Notes: generated by a model from the letters alone, not told the origin. Shown: positions 36,404 through 48,482, numbered from the stretch's first letter. The stretch is 64,000 nucleotides of DNA from a bacterium (GCA_963608065.1 CAVDFQ010000007.1:14391-78390), one strand, 5' to 3'. Made by a program: numbers and translations.

Positions 36404-39165
36404 TTAATCACCACATTAACGATTCTTCCGGGAACGACTATGACTTTCACTATAGTCTTGTCAGCCACATACTTGGCTGTCTGCGGACAGGACCTGACCT
36501 GGGCCTCTACCTGCGCGGGGGCAAGGTTCTTCGGGAGTGACAGGCTGAAACGGGTCTTGCCGTTGAAGGATACGGGATAGCTGAAGCTGTCCTCTACAGT
36601 GTAAGCTTCGACATATTCGGGGAAGGTCGCGAAGCTGATGCTCTCCTCGTGGCCGAGCATCTCCCAGATTTCCTCGCAGATGTGAGGAGCGAACGGAGAG
36701 AGCAGCACAGCGAGCGGAGAGAGCACGGCGCGTTTATGGCAATCCAGAGCGCTGAGTTCGTTGACAGCGATCATAAACGCGCTGATGACGGTATTGTACG
36801 AGAAGGCCTTTATGTCGGCCTCTTCTTTTGCGATGAGACGGTGCAGCACCTTGAGCTCGGACGGAAGCGGGTCATCATCTGTCACGAGGAAGGTTTCCTT
36901 GTCGAAGTAGAGCCGCCAGAATTTGCGCAGGAAGCGGTGTACGCCGTCTATGCCCTTGGTATCCCACGGCTTGGACTGCTCCACAGGGCCGAGGAACATT
37001 TCGTAGAGGCGGAGAGTATCCGCTCCGTACCTCTCGCAGATGTCGTCCGGGTTCACCACGTTGTACATTGACTTGCTCATCTTCTCGATGGCCCAGCCGC
37101 ATATGTATTCGCCATCCTCGAGGATGAACTGCGCATCGGCGTATTCGGGCCTCCAGGCCTTGAAGGCTTCCGTATCCAGGCGGTCGTTGTGGACTATATT
37201 CACGTCCACGTGGATCTCGGTGGTCTCATACTCATCCTTGAGGCCGCAGGAGACGAAGGTGTTCGTGCCCACGATTCTGTACACGAAGCTGGAGCGGCCC
37301 TGAATCATTCCCTGGTTTATGAGCTTGGCGAACGGCTCGCTCTCGCATACATAGCCGAGATCATAGAGGAACTTGTTCCAGAAACGGGAGTAGATGAGGT
37401 GGCCCGTCGCGTGTTCCGTGCCTCCGACATAGAGGTCCACATTGCGCCAGTATCCATCGGCCTCCCTGCCCACGAGAGCATCCCCGTTATGAGGGTCCAT
37501 ATATCTGAGATAATAGGCGCTGGAGCCCGCAAATCCCGGCATAGTGCTGAGTTCCAGAGGATAGCCGTGCCAGGTCCAGTTCTTGGCGCCGGCAAGCGGC
37601 GGCCTGCCGTCGGAGGAAGGCTTGAAGGATTCCATCTCAGGCAGCCTAAGAGGGAGCTCGCTCTCGGGCAGCGGACAGGCGATGCCGTCCCTGTAGTAGA
37701 TCGGGAAAGGCTCTCCCCAGTATCTCTGACGGGAGAAGATGGCGTCACGCAGTCTCCAGTTTGTCTTGCGGCGGCCCAGACCGTGGGCTTCCACATAGTC
37801 CTTTGCGACCTCTATGGCCTGCTTTACCGGCATTCCGTTCAGGAAGCCGGAGTTGCACATTATGCCTTCCTTGGCATCGAAACTCTCCTCGCTCACGTCG
37901 CAGCCCTCGATGAGGGGTATGATCGGTAGAGAGAATTTCTTCGCGAAGGCATAGTCACGGCTGTCGTGGGCCGGAACCGCCATAATGGCTCCGGTGCCGT
38001 AACCGGCGAGCACATATTCCGAAACCCAGATAGGGATCTTCTCGCCGGAAAGAGGGTTTATGCCGTAAGAACCGGTAAATACGCCGGTCACCGACCTGGT
38101 CTGCGCGATGCGTTCACGTTCGGTCTTCTTGGCTGCGGAGCGGACGTAGTCCGCGACCTGAGTCTCGTAGCCTTTAGCGGTAAGCTGTCCGACCAGAGAG
38201 CTCTCCGGGGCGAGCACCATAAAAGTGACTCCGAAGACTGTGTCAGCGCGGGTGGTGAAGATGGTGACAGGCAGGTGGCGTCCGTCGCAGACGGTATCGA
38301 AGACCATCTCGGTGCCCTCGGAGCGTCCTATCCAGTTACGCTGCATCTCCTTCAGAGAGTCGGTCCATTCGAGCGAGTCGAGCGAGTCGAGCAGACGGGA
38401 CGCGTATGCCGAGACGCGGAGCTGCCACTGCTTCATCTTTTTCTGCTCCACAGGGAAACCGCCCCTGACGGAGAGGCCGTCCTTCACCTCGTCATTCGCG
38501 AGGACGGTTCCGAGCCCTTCGCACCAGTTCACGGAGGTTTCGCCCTGATAAGCTATGCGGTAACGCATCAGAATGTCCGCCCTGCGCTTCTCGTCGAAAG
38601 ACTGCCACTGCTGTGCGGTGAAATCTTCGCCCTCACTGCACGCGGCGTGTGCGGCTGCGCTGCCGCCCTGCTCGAAGAGGGAGAAAAGCTCGGAAATCGG
38701 CCGGGCCTTGTCGTGGTCCAGGCTGTACCAGCTGTCGAACATCTTGAGGAACGCCCACTGGGTCCATTTGTAGAAGCCGGGGTCACAGGTCCGCACTTCC
38801 CTGTCCCAGTCGTAGGAGAAACCTATCCTGTCCAGCTGGGTGCGGTAGCGTGCGATGTTCTCGGAAGTGGTCTTCTCCGGATGCTGTCCGGTCTGGATGG
38901 CGTACTGCTCGGCCGGCAGTCCGAAGGCGTCGTATCCCATAGGATGGAGGACATTGAAGCCCTTCAGACGCTTGTAGCGGGCATAGATGTCACTGGCGAT
39001 ATATCCCAGCGGATGGCCCACGTGCAGTCCCGCCCCTGAAGGGTACGGGAACATATCCAGAACATAGTATTTCTTCTTGCTGCTGTCTTCCTTTACGGCA
39101 AAGGTCTTTTCCTCGGCCCAGCGCTTCTGCCACTTGCTTTCGATCGCTCTGAAATCGTACTCCAT
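36400..39165 (-). CDS. leuS: Leucyl-tRNA synthetase
   Basis: MFPYPSG.GLHVGH (HIGH), KMSKS, and editing domain [12 protein letters not shown]. Confidence 0.98.
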   Translation of the reverse strand: MEYDFRAIESKWQKRWAEEKTFAVKEDSSKKKYYVLDMFPYPSGAGLHVGHPLGYIASDIYARYKRLKGFNVLHPMGYDAFGLPAEQYAIQTGQHPEKTTSENIARYRTQLDRIGFSYDWDREVRTCDPGFYKWTQWAFLKMFDSWYSLDHDKARPISELFSLFEQGGSAAAHAACSEGEDFTAQQWQSFDEKRRADILMRYRIAYQGETSVNWCEGLGTVLANDEVKDGLSVRGGFPVEQKKMKQWQLRVSAYASRLLDSLDSLEWTDSLKEMQRNWIGRSEGTEMVFDTVCDGRHLPVTIFTTRADTVFGVTFMVLAPESSLVGQLTAKGYETQVADYVRSAAKKTERERIAQTRSVTGVFTGSYGINPLSGEKIPIWVSEYVLAGYGTGAIMAVPAHDSRDYAFAKKFSLPIIPLIEGCDVSEESFDAKEGIMCNSGFLNGMPVKQAIEVAKDYVEAHGLGRRKTNWRLRDAIFSRQRYWGEPFPIYYRDGIACPLPESELPLRLPEMESFKPSSDGRPPLAGAKNWTWHGYPLELSTMPGFAGSSAYYLRYMDPHNGDALVGREADGYWRNVDLYVGGTEHATGHLIYSRFWNKFLYDLGYVCESEPFAKLINQGMIQGRSSFVYRIVGTNTFVSCGLKDEYETTEIHVDVNIVHNDRLDTEAFKAWRPEYADAQFILEDGEYICGWAIEKMSKSMYNVVNPDDICERYGADTLRLYEMFLGPVEQSKPWDTKGIDGVHRFLRKFWRLYFDKETFLVTDDDPLPSELKVLHRLIAKEEADIKAFSYNTVISAFMIAVNELSALDCHKRAVLSPLAVLLSPFAPHICEEIWEMLGHEESISFATFPEYVEAYTVEDSFSYPVSFNGKTRFSLSLPKNLAPAQVEAQVRSCPQTAKYVADKTIVKVIVVPGRIVNVVIK

Positions 39166-39167
39166 AA

Positions 39168-40496
39168 TTATTTTCTTGTCAATCTGAATTCCACATACAC
39201 CGACATCGCGGTCTTCACTTTCTTGCCCTTCAGCCTTCCGGGCTTCCAGTCCGGGGACGCGGAGATGACCCTTACGGCCTCGTCATCCAGGGAGGTATGG
39301 ACTCCCCTGCGCACCTTCACATCGGTCATCTTGCCCTTCTCGTCTATGATGAAGTCCACCAGCACACGGCCCTGTATGCCGTTCTCCACCGCATAGTCCG
39401 GATATTTGAGGTAGGCATATACCCAGCGCTGCATAAAGCGGCTGATGTCCGTACTGCCCATAAAAGTCGGCTTGTAGTCACAGTCGTAATAGTCCACTAC
39501 GTCTTTCCGGGATGCTGAAGCTTTCTTTTTCAGTTCCTGCGAAGGGTCGAACTGCGGGGCCCTCCCGTTGAGTGCCGAGACTGTGAAACTGTACAGATAC
39601 TCCAGTTCCCTCTCCATAGCCTCGTACTGTATGATGCTTGCGCTGTCCCGGTCGCTGCCGTACTCGGGATAGAGTCCCGTGGTGAAGAACACGGACGGAA
39701 TCTGCGCGGCGTAGAAACTGCGGTGGTCGGACGGGAGCGGCTCCCTGTAGACTATCTCGGGAGTGATGGGCTGGAGCGTGGAGTTCACGGCATTCACAAT
39801 ATCGTTCACGTCGGGATTTGAGGAAGTGAAGGCGTAGAATGCCCTGTCTCCCCCGCCGAGAATGTCGAGATTGACCATAAAGTCTATCTTGTCCGCGTCC
39901 TTGAAGGCCCTGTTGAGGAAATACCAGGACCCGGCGTTGCCCTCAAGCGAGGCCCCGAAGCCGATAAGCAGCACGGAACGCTTGAGCAGCACGGAATTGG
40001 TCTGAAGGATACGTCCGAGCTCCATCAGCATCGCGAGGCCGGAGGCGTTGCCGTTAGCCCCATAGTAGATTTTCGTGCGCACCTCTCCGTCCACATTGAC
40101 TTCACGCGTGCCGATATTGTCCATTCGGGCCCCTATGACCACATATCTGTCCCTCAGGGCGGGATCATAGCCCCGGATGTAGCCTATGACATTGCGGGAG
40201 ACGAGGGTGTCGCCGTCGGGACGTTTGAGCCCGAAAATGTCCCCGTCGGATGCGGAGAGAATGTCTATGCAGTAGCCTTCAAGTGTCCGGGTCAGGTACT
40301 GCGCAGCCAGTCTTTCGCCTTCCGATCCGGCAGCGCGTCCTTCGAGCGAGGCAGCGGAGATATAGGATATGTGATTTTTCAGCGAGGCTATCACTTCGCT
40401 GTCGTCTATTTCATTATATGAAGTGCTGCGGTACTGGGCGGAAAGGGAGGCCTGCAAGCCGAGCAGAAGCGCGATAAGGGCGAGAAATCTCTTCAT
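39168..40496 (-). CDS. Secreted M28 peptidase-like domain fused to a TonB C-terminal domain
   Basis: Signal peptide, M28 fold motifs ([22 protein letters not shown]), and C-terminal YP..A..GIQGRV.V.FII...[15 protein letters not shown]. Confidence 0.85.
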   Translation of the reverse strand: MKRFLALIALLLGLQASLSAQYRSTSYNEIDDSEVIASLKNHISYISAASLEGRAAGSEGERLAAQYLTRTLEGYCIDILSASDGDIFGLKRPDGDTLVSRNVIGYIRGYDPALRDRYVVIGARMDNIGTREVNVDGEVRTKIYYGANGNASGLAMLMELGRILQTNSVLLKRSVLLIGFGASLEGNAGSWYFLNRAFKDADKIDFMVNLDILGGGDRAFYAFTSSNPDVNDIVNAVNSTLQPITPEIVYREPLPSDHRSFYAAQIPSVFFTTGLYPEYGSDRDSASIIQYEAMERELEYLYSFTVSALNGRAPQFDPSQELKKKASASRKDVVDYYDCDYKPTFMGSTDISRFMQRWVYAYLKYPDYAVENGIQGRVLVDFIIDEKGKMTDVKVRRGVHTSLDDEAVRVISASPDWKPGRLKGKKVKTAMSVYVEFRLTRK

Positions 40497-40501
40497 AATC
40501 C

Positions 40502-41020
40502 TTACTGTCCGTTGACGAATATCCAGGCGTCGGCAGAGCACTTCTTCGCCGCGCGAAGTCCGCTCAGGCGGGAGTAGAACTCCTGCGGATCGTCAGACTG
40601 ACAGGCTGTCACCACGCTGAAGCCGTTTCTGAGACGGAATATGGCCGGTTTCGACTCGGCGGGGAGCTTGCGGACGAACGCATCGGCATTGGTTCTTTCG
40701 GAGAAGGTGCCCAGTATGACGTAATATTTCTTTTCGAGCCCTACGCTCGAGAGTCCGCGGGCCTCATCGGGAGTGCGGAGAAGCATACCGCAGCTACGGA
40801 TGGAGTCCATGGCGGCAAGCGAGTCGGCAAGGTGTTTCTGCGCCTTTGCAAGCGAGTCGAGTCTGGCCTGCTCGGTCCTCCGGCGAAGGGCGAGCAGCAC
40901 CTTCTTCTGCTCTATTATGTCAGAAGTAGGCCGCCCCGCGAGCGAGCGGAACATATCGCAGCTGCACAAGATGCAGAGGCAGATGGCCAAAAGGCTGAAA
41001 CTTAAACACTTCGTTCGCAT
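40502..41020 (-). CDS. Lipoprotein with a C-terminal SPOR-like domain
   Basis: Lipobox LCSC, CDMFRSLAGRP, YYVILGTFSERTNA and DAWI. Confidence 0.7.
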   Translation of the reverse strand: MRTKCLSFSLLAICLCILCSCDMFRSLAGRPTSDIIEQKKVLLALRRRTEQARLDSLAKAQKHLADSLAAMDSIRSCGMLLRTPDEARGLSSVGLEKKYYVILGTFSERTNADAFVRKLPAESKPAIFRLRNGFSVVTACQSDDPQEFYSRLSGLRAAKKCSADAWIFVNGQ

Positions 41021-41150
41021 AGTCCGAGAATCCATATTCTGCAAAGTTAAGTAATCTTCCGTCCCTTTCCAAAAATATGTATCTTTGCGCAAGCCCCTGA
41101 CGGGGATGACAGAATAAGTGAAGAAAGAAACAGGCATCGAATGATATACT

Positions 41151-42092
41151 ATGAAGAAAACCATCAAGCTTGAAGCCGTCGATCCGGTGGAGATTTACGG
41201 ACCCGGCAACAGGATTCTGGAGGAATTCTGCAGCTATTTCCCGGGACTGAAAGTCATCGCCAGAGGTGACGAGATCATTCTGGAGGGCGATGAAAGCAGG
41301 ATAGAAGAGTTCCGGAGCCGTTTCGCAAGGCTCATAGAGATCCGTCACCGCAAGATGAACCTCACCCGCTACGATGTGGAGGATGTCTTCGACGGCGAGA
41401 CAGCCGCCGACAGTTTCCGCCTGAGTCCCGACGCGGTCATCGTGCACAGCACGGACGGAAAGGCTATCCGCGCAAGGAACGCTACACAGCAGCAGATGGT
41501 CCGGGCCTATTTCGAGAATGATCTCATCTTCGCACTCGGGCCTGCCGGCACGGGGAAGACGTACATCGCCATAGCACTGGCCGTAAGAGCCCTCAAAAAC
41601 AGGGAGATACGCCGCATCATACTCACCCGTCCCGCAGTGGAGGCCGGCGAGCGGCTCGGCTTCCTGCCGGGCGACCTGAAAGACAAGCTCGACCCTTACC
41701 TGCAGCCTCTCTATGACGCTCTCGGCGATATGGTGCCGCCGCGTAAGCTGCAGGAGTTCATGCAGGACGGAACTATCCAGATAGCCCCTCTCGCGTATAT
41801 GCGCGGGCGCACTCTGGACCGTGCCTGCGTGATTCTGGACGAGGCGCAGAACACTAACCTCGGCCAGCTGAAGATGTTCCTGACGCGAATGGGCTGCAAC
41901 GCTAAATTCATAGTCACCGGCGACGCGAGCCAAGTGGACCTCCCGCACCGCGAAGACTCGGGTCTGCTGCGCGGAGTGTCGCTGCTCGAGAGCATAAAGG
42001 GCGTGAGCATCATACGTTTCTCCAGCGAGGACATCGTCCGCCATCCGCTCGTGGGCAAGATAGTGAAAGCCTTCGACGACCGGAGTGAGTGA
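41151..42092 (+). CDS. phoH: PhoH-family ATPase
   Basis: GPAGTGKT, RPAVEAGERLGFLPG, RGRTL and DEAQN motifs. Confidence 0.95.
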   Translation: MKKTIKLEAVDPVEIYGPGNRILEEFCSYFPGLKVIARGDEIILEGDESRIEEFRSRFARLIEIRHRKMNLTRYDVEDVFDGETAADSFRLSPDAVIVHSTDGKAIRARNATQQQMVRAYFENDLIFALGPAGTGKTYIAIALAVRALKNREIRRIILTRPAVEAGERLGFLPGDLKDKLDPYLQPLYDALGDMVPPRKLQEFMQDGTIQIAPLAYMRGRTLDRACVILDEAQNTNLGQLKMFLTRMGCNAKFIVTGDASQVDLPHREDSGLLRGVSLLESIKGVSIIRFSSEDIVRHPLVGKIVKAFDDRSE

Positions 42093-42165
42093 GCCTCAAG
42101 CAGGATGAGCGGGACTCAGGCATAGTGAAACTCAATCATCGGAGCGAAGATTACACCGGAAAGCA

Positions 42166-42200
42166 AAAAGAAGGCGCCGGGCTTTCCGCCCGACGCCTTC
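42166..42200 (-). terminator. Intrinsic terminator of the gyrA-TPR operon
   Basis: GAAGGCGCCGGGC-TTTCC-GCCCGACGCCTTC preceded by A5. Confidence 0.7.
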
Positions 42201-42223
42201 CAATTTCTGTACAGAAAGGACTC

Positions 42224-43546
42224 TTACTCAACCTTCCCCGTCGATACCACGTCGTAGTATTTCTGATATTTGTCGGCATACTCCTGGCTTTCCTCGCGGA
42301 AGCGGTAGCAGGCGTTCTTCAGATACTCGGCGACGCTGACCTTGACTTCGTTGTCCTTGGAAGCGTTGAAAGCCTTCTCGAACGGCTCGATGCTGCCCTT
42401 GAGGGCCTTCTCGAATTCTGTCACGAGAACTGCGTACTTGGTATCATCGAACTCGTTCTGAGCCTGCTCCTGGATGTCCACAGCCTTGTTGTAGAGAAGG
42501 ATACCCTCTCCGATGTAGCCGTACTCATACTCAGGATTGATTTCAGAGCACTTGCGATAGGACTCGATGGCCTTCTCTTCGTTTCCGGTCTCCTTGTAGA
42601 TGTTGCCTTCCACATAGTAGAGGGAAGCGTTGTTCGGCTCATTTGCCTTCGCCTCGTCCAGAAGGGTGAAGAGTCTGTCGAAGTTCTCGCCCGAAGTCAC
42701 ATAGTAGTTGATGAGACCGATGAGGATGCTCTGGCTCTGCGGGAATGCCGCGAAGCCCTGCTCGAGGGTGTTCTTGGAGCCTTCCTTGTCGCCGAGCTTG
42801 TCGAGAACGTCAGCGAGCTTGGCATAGGCGTCTCCGTCCTCACCTACATAACCGGCTGCGATGCACCTTTCGAAAAGTCCCTTGGCACGGGCGTTGTTTC
42901 CGGCCTGCCAGGCTGTGAAGCCCGCATTGTAGACTGAATTCGTATCGAGAGCGGAATAAGGTGCGGTGGCAGCCGCATTGGCGGCTTCCTCGAAGAGTTC
43001 GCTCGCCTTGTTCAGGTCGCCGAAGGTGTAGGCGTTGTAGGCGTCGTTCACGTATTTCTCGGAGATGAGCTTGATGGCAGCTGAGATGTCCTTGCCCTTC
43101 TGTCCCTTGACGTCAAGCTCCGCGGCCTTTTTGTACGCGTCGAGAGCTCCCTGAAGAGCGTTCTCGGCTACAGGCTTGGTCACCTCGACGATGGTGAGTC
43201 TGCCCGTCTCGTCGAAATAATGGTTGCAGCTTTCATAAACTTCCTTCGAATAGGCTCTTCCGCCGAGTTCCACGGTCTCCACGGACAGAGGCTTCCTGTT
43301 ACCCATGACGAGGGCAATCTCCTGCTTGGAGGTTCCTACCAGAGCATTTCCTACAGGTGCATCGTAGGCATCGAGATAAGCCTGGCCCAGTTTAGTCCAA
43401 GTAGCAACCTTGGTCGCCTTCTTGGCATTGCTCGCGGCCTCTTTCGCGCTTTCGAGAGCTGATTTGGCCGCGCTTTCCGACTTAACCTGTGCATCAGCGA
43501 ACTGCATAGAAGCGAGAATAGCCAATGCTAAAAAGATCTTTTTCAT
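42224..43546 (-). CDS. Secreted tetratricopeptide-repeat protein
   Basis: Signal peptide MKKIFLALAIL and repeated helical TPR patterns (e.g. EPNNASLYYVEGNIY). Located downstream of gyrA. Confidence 0.85.
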   Translation of the reverse strand: MKKIFLALAILASMQFADAQVKSESAAKSALESAKEAASNAKKATKVATWTKLGQAYLDAYDAPVGNALVGTSKQEIALVMGNRKPLSVETVELGGRAYSKEVYESCNHYFDETGRLTIVEVTKPVAENALQGALDAYKKAAELDVKGQKGKDISAAIKLISEKYVNDAYNAYTFGDLNKASELFEEAANAAATAPYSALDTNSVYNAGFTAWQAGNNARAKGLFERCIAAGYVGEDGDAYAKLADVLDKLGDKEGSKNTLEQGFAAFPQSQSILIGLINYYVTSGENFDRLFTLLDEAKANEPNNASLYYVEGNIYKETGNEEKAIESYRKCSEINPEYEYGYIGEGILLYNKAVDIQEQAQNEFDDTKYAVLVTEFEKALKGSIEPFEKAFNASKDNEVKVSVAEYLKNACYRFREESQEYADKYQKYYDVVSTGKVE

Positions 43547-43574
43547 AATGATGCAAATAGAAGTGTTGTTAATT

Positions 43575-46139
43575 TCAGTTGTTGTTTTCCGGAGCATCCG
43601 CGGCTCCTTCCGGTGAGATATCCACCGCCTCAGTTTCAGCTTCAGTGCCGTCTTCTTCGGCCTTGGCGACCACGGATACGGCCGCGATGGAATCCGTTCC
43701 TCTCAAGTTGATCAGCTTCACGCCCTGGGTGGCCCTGCCTGCCACTCTGATGCTGCTGACCGCCATTCTGATAGTCATACCCGAATGATTTATGATCATA
43801 AGGTCATTGTCCTCGGTTACGCTCTTTATAGCAATAAGCGCGCCTGTCTTCTCTGTGATGTTTATGGTGCGCACTCCCTTGGCACCCCGGTTGGTGATGC
43901 GGTATTCATCCGTCTCTGAACGCTTGCCGAAGCCGTTCTCACTGACTACCAGTATGGTATGCTCAGCGGCGTCCGGCGCGTGCGGGTCACAGCTCAGAGC
44001 GCCGATGACCTCATCATCCTCATCGAGATTTATTCCGCGGACACCCATCGAGGTCCTGCCGACCTCGCGGACATCACGCTCGTTGAACCTGACGCAGCGC
44101 CCCTTGCGCGCCGCGATCATTATCTCTTCGTTTCCGTTTGTCAGAAGCGCATCCAGTAGGGAGTCGCCGTCCTTGAAGGAGATGGCCTTGATGCCCTTGT
44201 TGCGGCTGCGGTACTTGGCGTATTCGGCCAGCAGCGTACGCTTGATGATACCGCGTCTGGTGACGAGGGTGACATAATGGCCGCTGCGATACTCCTCGCT
44301 CTCTATAGACTTGGCGTTCAGATATGTACGTATCCTGTCACCCTGCTCTATGGAGATGAGGTTCTGGATGGCGCGTCCCTTCGAGGTGCGGGTCCCCTCA
44401 GGGATTTCGTAGACTTTCAGATTATAGCGCATTCCCATCTCCGTGAAGAAGATCATCGTGGAATGCATATTGGCCACATAGATGTGCTCTATGAAGTCCT
44501 CGTCGCGGGTGGCGCTCGCCTTGATGCCTACACCGCCTCTGTTCTGGGTGCGGAACTCCGTGAGAGGAGTGCGCTTGATGTAGCCCAGATGGGAGATGGT
44601 GATGACCACATCGTCATCCGCGTAGAAATCTTCAGGGTTGAAATCCTCGGCGGAGAGGGTGATTTCGCTGCGGCGCGCATCGCCGTATTTTTCCTTCATC
44701 TCCACACACTCCTGCTTGACTATCTTGAGCTGCTCCTCCTCGCTGGCGAGAATCTCCTGACAGCGGGCGATGAACTTCTCCAGCTCATCGTACTCGGCCT
44801 GAAGCTTCTCCCTTTCGAGTCCCGTGAGCTGACGCAGACGCATCTCCACGATGGCTCCCGCCTGTATCTCACTGAAGCCGAACTGCTCCATAAGAGCGGC
44901 ACGGGCATCATCGACGCTCTCCGAGGCTCTGATCAGAGCGATGATCCTGTCTATGACGTCGAGGGCCTTGAGCAGACCTTCGAGGATACGTGCGCGCTTC
45001 TGTGCCTTGTCCAGATCGAATCTGGTGCGGCGCACTATCACTTCGTGACGGAAATCCACGAAATTGGCGATGATTTCCTTCAGGGAGAGCGTGCGCGGAC
45101 GACCGTGCACGAGGGCTACGTTGTTTATGGAGAAACTGGACTGGAGGGCAGTGTACTTATAGAGGGTATTCAGCACCACGCTGGCGTTCGCGTCCTTCTT
45201 AAGGACGAAGACGATCCTTATGCCGTCGCGGCTGGTGAGGTCCCTGATGTCGGAGATCCCCTCTATCTTCTTGTCCTCGACCATCTCGCCGATACGCTTT
45301 ATCATCTCGCTCTTGTTCACCATATAAGGCACCTCGGTGACTACTATGGTCTGACGGCCTTTCTCGTCTTCCTCTATGTCCGCCTTGGCGCGGATGACCA
45401 CCCTGCCCCGGCCGGTGTTATAGGCATCGCAGATGCCCTGACGGCCCTGAATGACACCTCCGGTAGGGAAATCCGGGCCCTTTATGTACTGCATCAGGCC
45501 TTCGGTGTCTATGTCCGGGTTATCTATGTATGCGCAGATGGCGTCGCAGCACTCTCCGAGATTATGCGGGGCCATATTCGTGGCCATACCCACGGCGATG
45601 CCCGACGAACCGTTCAGAAGCAGAAGAGGGAGCTTCGTAGGAAGCACCGTAGGCTCTTCGATGGAGTCATCGAAGTTCAGCTGCATATCTACGGTATTCT
45701 TGTCGAGATCCGCGAGCACTTCCTCGGAGATCCTGGCAAGTTTGGCCTCAGTGTATCGCATAGCCGCCACCGGGTCGCCGTCCATAGAACCGAAATTACC
45801 CTGGCCGAAAATCAGCGGGTATCTCTGGTTCCAGTTCTGGGCAAGCCTGGCCATAGCATCGTAAACGCTGGAGTCGCCGTGCGGGTGGAACTTTCCGAGC
45901 ACCTCACCGACGATTCTCGCGGACTTCTTCGTCTGGCCCGAGAAACTGAGCCCCAGACCGTCCATTCCGAAGAGCACTCGCCTCTGCACCGGTTTCAAGC
46001 CATCCCGAACATCCGGAAGAGCTCTGGACACGATGACCGACATCGAGTAGTCGATGTAGGCCGACCGCATTTCCTGATCTATCTCCACGGGCTCGATATA
46101 GCCGTGATTCCATTCATTCATTGTCTCTTCATTATCCAT
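43575..46139 (-). CDS. gyrA: DNA gyrase subunit A
   Basis: [29 protein letters not shown], and GyrA-box QNRGGVG. Confidence 0.97.
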   Translation of the reverse strand: MDNEETMNEWNHGYIEPVEIDQEMRSAYIDYSMSVIVSRALPDVRDGLKPVQRRVLFGMDGLGLSFSGQTKKSARIVGEVLGKFHPHGDSSVYDAMARLAQNWNQRYPLIFGQGNFGSMDGDPVAAMRYTEAKLARISEEVLADLDKNTVDMQLNFDDSIEEPTVLPTKLPLLLLNGSSGIAVGMATNMAPHNLGECCDAICAYIDNPDIDTEGLMQYIKGPDFPTGGVIQGRQGICDAYNTGRGRVVIRAKADIEEDEKGRQTIVVTEVPYMVNKSEMIKRIGEMVEDKKIEGISDIRDLTSRDGIRIVFVLKKDANASVVLNTLYKYTALQSSFSINNVALVHGRPRTLSLKEIIANFVDFRHEVIVRRTRFDLDKAQKRARILEGLLKALDVIDRIIALIRASESVDDARAALMEQFGFSEIQAGAIVEMRLRQLTGLEREKLQAEYDELEKFIARCQEILASEEEQLKIVKQECVEMKEKYGDARRSEITLSAEDFNPEDFYADDDVVITISHLGYIKRTPLTEFRTQNRGGVGIKASATRDEDFIEHIYVANMHSTMIFFTEMGMRYNLKVYEIPEGTRTSKGRAIQNLISIEQGDRIRTYLNAKSIESEEYRSGHYVTLVTRRGIIKRTLLAEYAKYRSRNKGIKAISFKDGDSLLDALLTNGNEEIMIAARKGRCVRFNERDVREVGRTSMGVRGINLDEDDEVIGALSCDPHAPDAAEHTILVVSENGFGKRSETDEYRITNRGAKGVRTINITEKTGALIAIKSVTEDNDLMIINHSGMTIRMAVSSIRVAGRATQGVKLINLRGTDSIAAVSVVAKAEEDGTEAETEAVDISPEGAADAPENNN

Positions 46140-46220
46140 ACAAACAAAACTAATGCATATAAACACGCAAAATTAGCAAAAAATATTGATATTTGCGAAG
46201 CAGAAGCAAGATTCGAAACG

Positions 46221-48482
46221 ATGTTTATGGAAATCCGTTTTTCAGACGAAATAAACGAAATATTGGGCCTGGCGCGGGAAGAGGCGATGCGCACAGGCAG
46301 CTACGGCATAGAGATCGACCATCTTTTCCTGGGGCTCCTCAGGCACGGCGGCAACGAAGCCTGCGCGATGCTCGCGCAGCTGGGAGTGGACCTGGCGGAA
46401 GCCAAGGTTTATCTGGACTCCAGGATGCTGCTCAGCGAAAGCATACCTTACTCCAGTATGGACAAGATACGCCTTAGCAAGGGCAGCCAGAGGGTCATAA
46501 GTATCGCCGTGCTGGAGGCTACGAAACTGTGCGAGCCGCAGACGAGTCCGCTCCATCTGCTGCTCGCGATAAGCCGCGACGAGACTTCCTGCGCCCACGA
46601 GTTCCTGAAGCAGAAGGGTGTGGACACCGCTGCGCTTCTCGCCCGCATTACGGAAAGCCGCGAGAACGGCGCGGAGACGCAGACGGACTCCGCCGGCCTT
46701 ACGGTCGAAGAATACGGGGCGGACCTGTGCGCATTGGCCGCCGCAGGCGCGCTGGACCCTGTGGACGGACGGCAGCAGGAGATCGGCAGGGTCATAGAGA
46801 TACTCTGCCGGCGCCGTAAGAATAACGCTCTGCTGGTCGGCGAGGCCGGCGTGGGTAAGTCCGCGATCGTGGAAAGTCTCGCGCTGAAGATAGCGGAAGG
46901 CGGCATCCCCGCGCTCCGGGACAAGAGGCTGATTTCTCTGGACATAGCTTCGGTAGTGGCCGGCACGCGCTACCGGGGAGACTTCGAAAAGAGGCTCAAG
47001 GCGATCATCGCCGAGCTGCGCTCGCACCCCGAGATCATCCTGTTCATCGACGAGTTCCACACTATCGTGGGTGCCGGAGGTGCGCAGGGCAGTCTGGATG
47101 CTGCCAGTATCCTCAAGCCGGCTCTCGCCCGAGGCGAGATCCAATGCATCGGCGCGACTACACTCTCCGAGTTCTCCAGGGTGGTGAGCAAGGACGCGGC
47201 ATTGAACCGCAGGTTCCAGACCGTCACCGTGGAACCGATGAGCATCGAGGAGACGATTCACGTGCTGGAGGTTCTGGAGAAGAAATATGCCGCCTACCAC
47301 GGGGTCAGTTATGAGCACGATGCTCTGCTCTGCTGCGCCCGTCTGACCGACAGGTACATCTGCGACCGTGCTCTGCCGGACAAGGCGATAGACGCGATGG
47401 ACGAGGCCGGAGCGATGGTGAAGATCCGCTCGGGGCGGAAAAAGAGTCCGGCGGTGAGCTGCGAAGATGTCTCGAAGGTGGTCTCGCGTATGAGCGGGGT
47501 GCCGGTGAGCAAGGTGGCAAGGAGCGAGGGGCAGAAGCTGCTGGGGATGCGCGAAAGCCTGCAGCGCTCCGTCGTGGGGCAGGAAGAGGCCATAGACTGT
47601 GTCGTGCGTGCGATCCAGCGGAGCCGGGCGGGACTGAAAGCGCCGGGCAGACCGATAGGGAGCTTCCTGTTTCTGGGGTCGACCGGAGTGGGAAAGACCA
47701 GGCTGGCGAAGTGCATAGCGGAACAGCTTTTCGATTCTGAAGACAATCTGATAAGACTCGATATGTCCGAGTATTCCGAGAAGTTCACCTCCTCGCGCCT
47801 TATCGGCGCGCCTCCGGGATATGTCGGCTACGAGGAGGGAGGACAGCTGAGCGGGAAGGTACTTCAGAAACCTTACAGCGTGGTGCTCCTGGACGAGATA
47901 GAAAAGGCTCACCCGGACATCTATAATCTTCTGCTGCAAGTCATCGACGAGGGACGGCTGACCGACGGCAACGGCCGCACGGTGGACTTCCGCAACACGG
48001 TGATCATTATGACCTCGAATGCCGGCACGCGCGAACTCGAAGAGTTCGGACGCGGAATGGGCTTCGCGGCGGCGAAGAAGAATGTGGAGGCGGAGCAGCG
48101 GGCGGTACTGGACAAGGCCGTGCGCAAGATCTTCCCTCCGGAGTTCCTCAACAGGGTGGACGAGAAGGTTTTCTTCCGGCCGCTCGGAGTTGCGCAGCTG
48201 GAGAAGATAGTGGACATCGAGCTGGAGAAACTGCGCGTCAGGGCTCTGGAGGCGGGATACCGGCTGAGCATATCGAAGTCTCTGAAGCGCTCGGTGGCCG
48301 CCGACAGCTACGACCCGTCATACGGGGCGAGACCGCTCTCGAGGGCGATTGTAAACAGGATAGAGAATCCGGTTTCGGAGTTCATAATCTCGTCCCGACC
48401 GGGCGGGGGGCCGGACGGAATCCGCACGCTGAGCGTGGGGCTGGCCGCCGACGGCAAAAGCACGATAGTGAAAGAAAAATAG
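46221..48482 (+). CDS. clpC: ATP-dependent Clp protease ATPase (ClpC orthologue by position, ClpA-like architecture)
   Basis: Start reassigned to MFMEIRF. Clp N domain, GEAGVGKS, IDEFH, GSTGVGKT, GAPPGYVGY, and MGF ClpP-docking loop. Confidence 0.88.
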   Translation: MFMEIRFSDEINEILGLAREEAMRTGSYGIEIDHLFLGLLRHGGNEACAMLAQLGVDLAEAKVYLDSRMLLSESIPYSSMDKIRLSKGSQRVISIAVLEATKLCEPQTSPLHLLLAISRDETSCAHEFLKQKGVDTAALLARITESRENGAETQTDSAGLTVEEYGADLCALAAAGALDPVDGRQQEIGRVIEILCRRRKNNALLVGEAGVGKSAIVESLALKIAEGGIPALRDKRLISLDIASVVAGTRYRGDFEKRLKAIIAELRSHPEIILFIDEFHTIVGAGGAQGSLDAASILKPALARGEIQCIGATTLSEFSRVVSKDAALNRRFQTVTVEPMSIEETIHVLEVLEKKYAAYHGVSYEHDALLCCARLTDRYICDRALPDKAIDAMDEAGAMVKIRSGRKKSPAVSCEDVSKVVSRMSGVPVSKVARSEGQKLLGMRESLQRSVVGQEEAIDCVVRAIQRSRAGLKAPGRPIGSFLFLGSTGVGKTRLAKCIAEQLFDSEDNLIRLDMSEYSEKFTSSRLIGAPPGYVGYEEGGQLSGKVLQKPYSVVLLDEIEKAHPDIYNLLLQVIDEGRLTDGNGRTVDFRNTVIIMTSNAGTRELEEFGRGMGFAAAKKNVEAEQRAVLDKAVRKIFPPEFLNRVDEKVFFRPLGVAQLEKIVDIELEKLRVRALEAGYRLSISKSLKRSVAADSYDPSYGARPLSRAIVNRIENPVSEFIISSRPGGGPDGIRTLSVGLAADGKSTIVKEK

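Noticed and set aside
42093..42160. Faint echo of the phoH 3' end (ATAGTGAAA...CGGAG) in the intergenic DNA
   Set aside because: Too short and degenerate to distinguish from chance.
45880..45900. Quinolone-resistance substitution in GyrA
   Set aside because: [10 protein letters not shown] retains Ser and Asp at the positions equivalent to E. coli 83 and 87.
44277..46220. Apparent 1401-aa Clp fusion protein
   Set aside because: The N-terminal 648 codons are the antisense frame of gyrA. The Clp N-domain begins at 46221.
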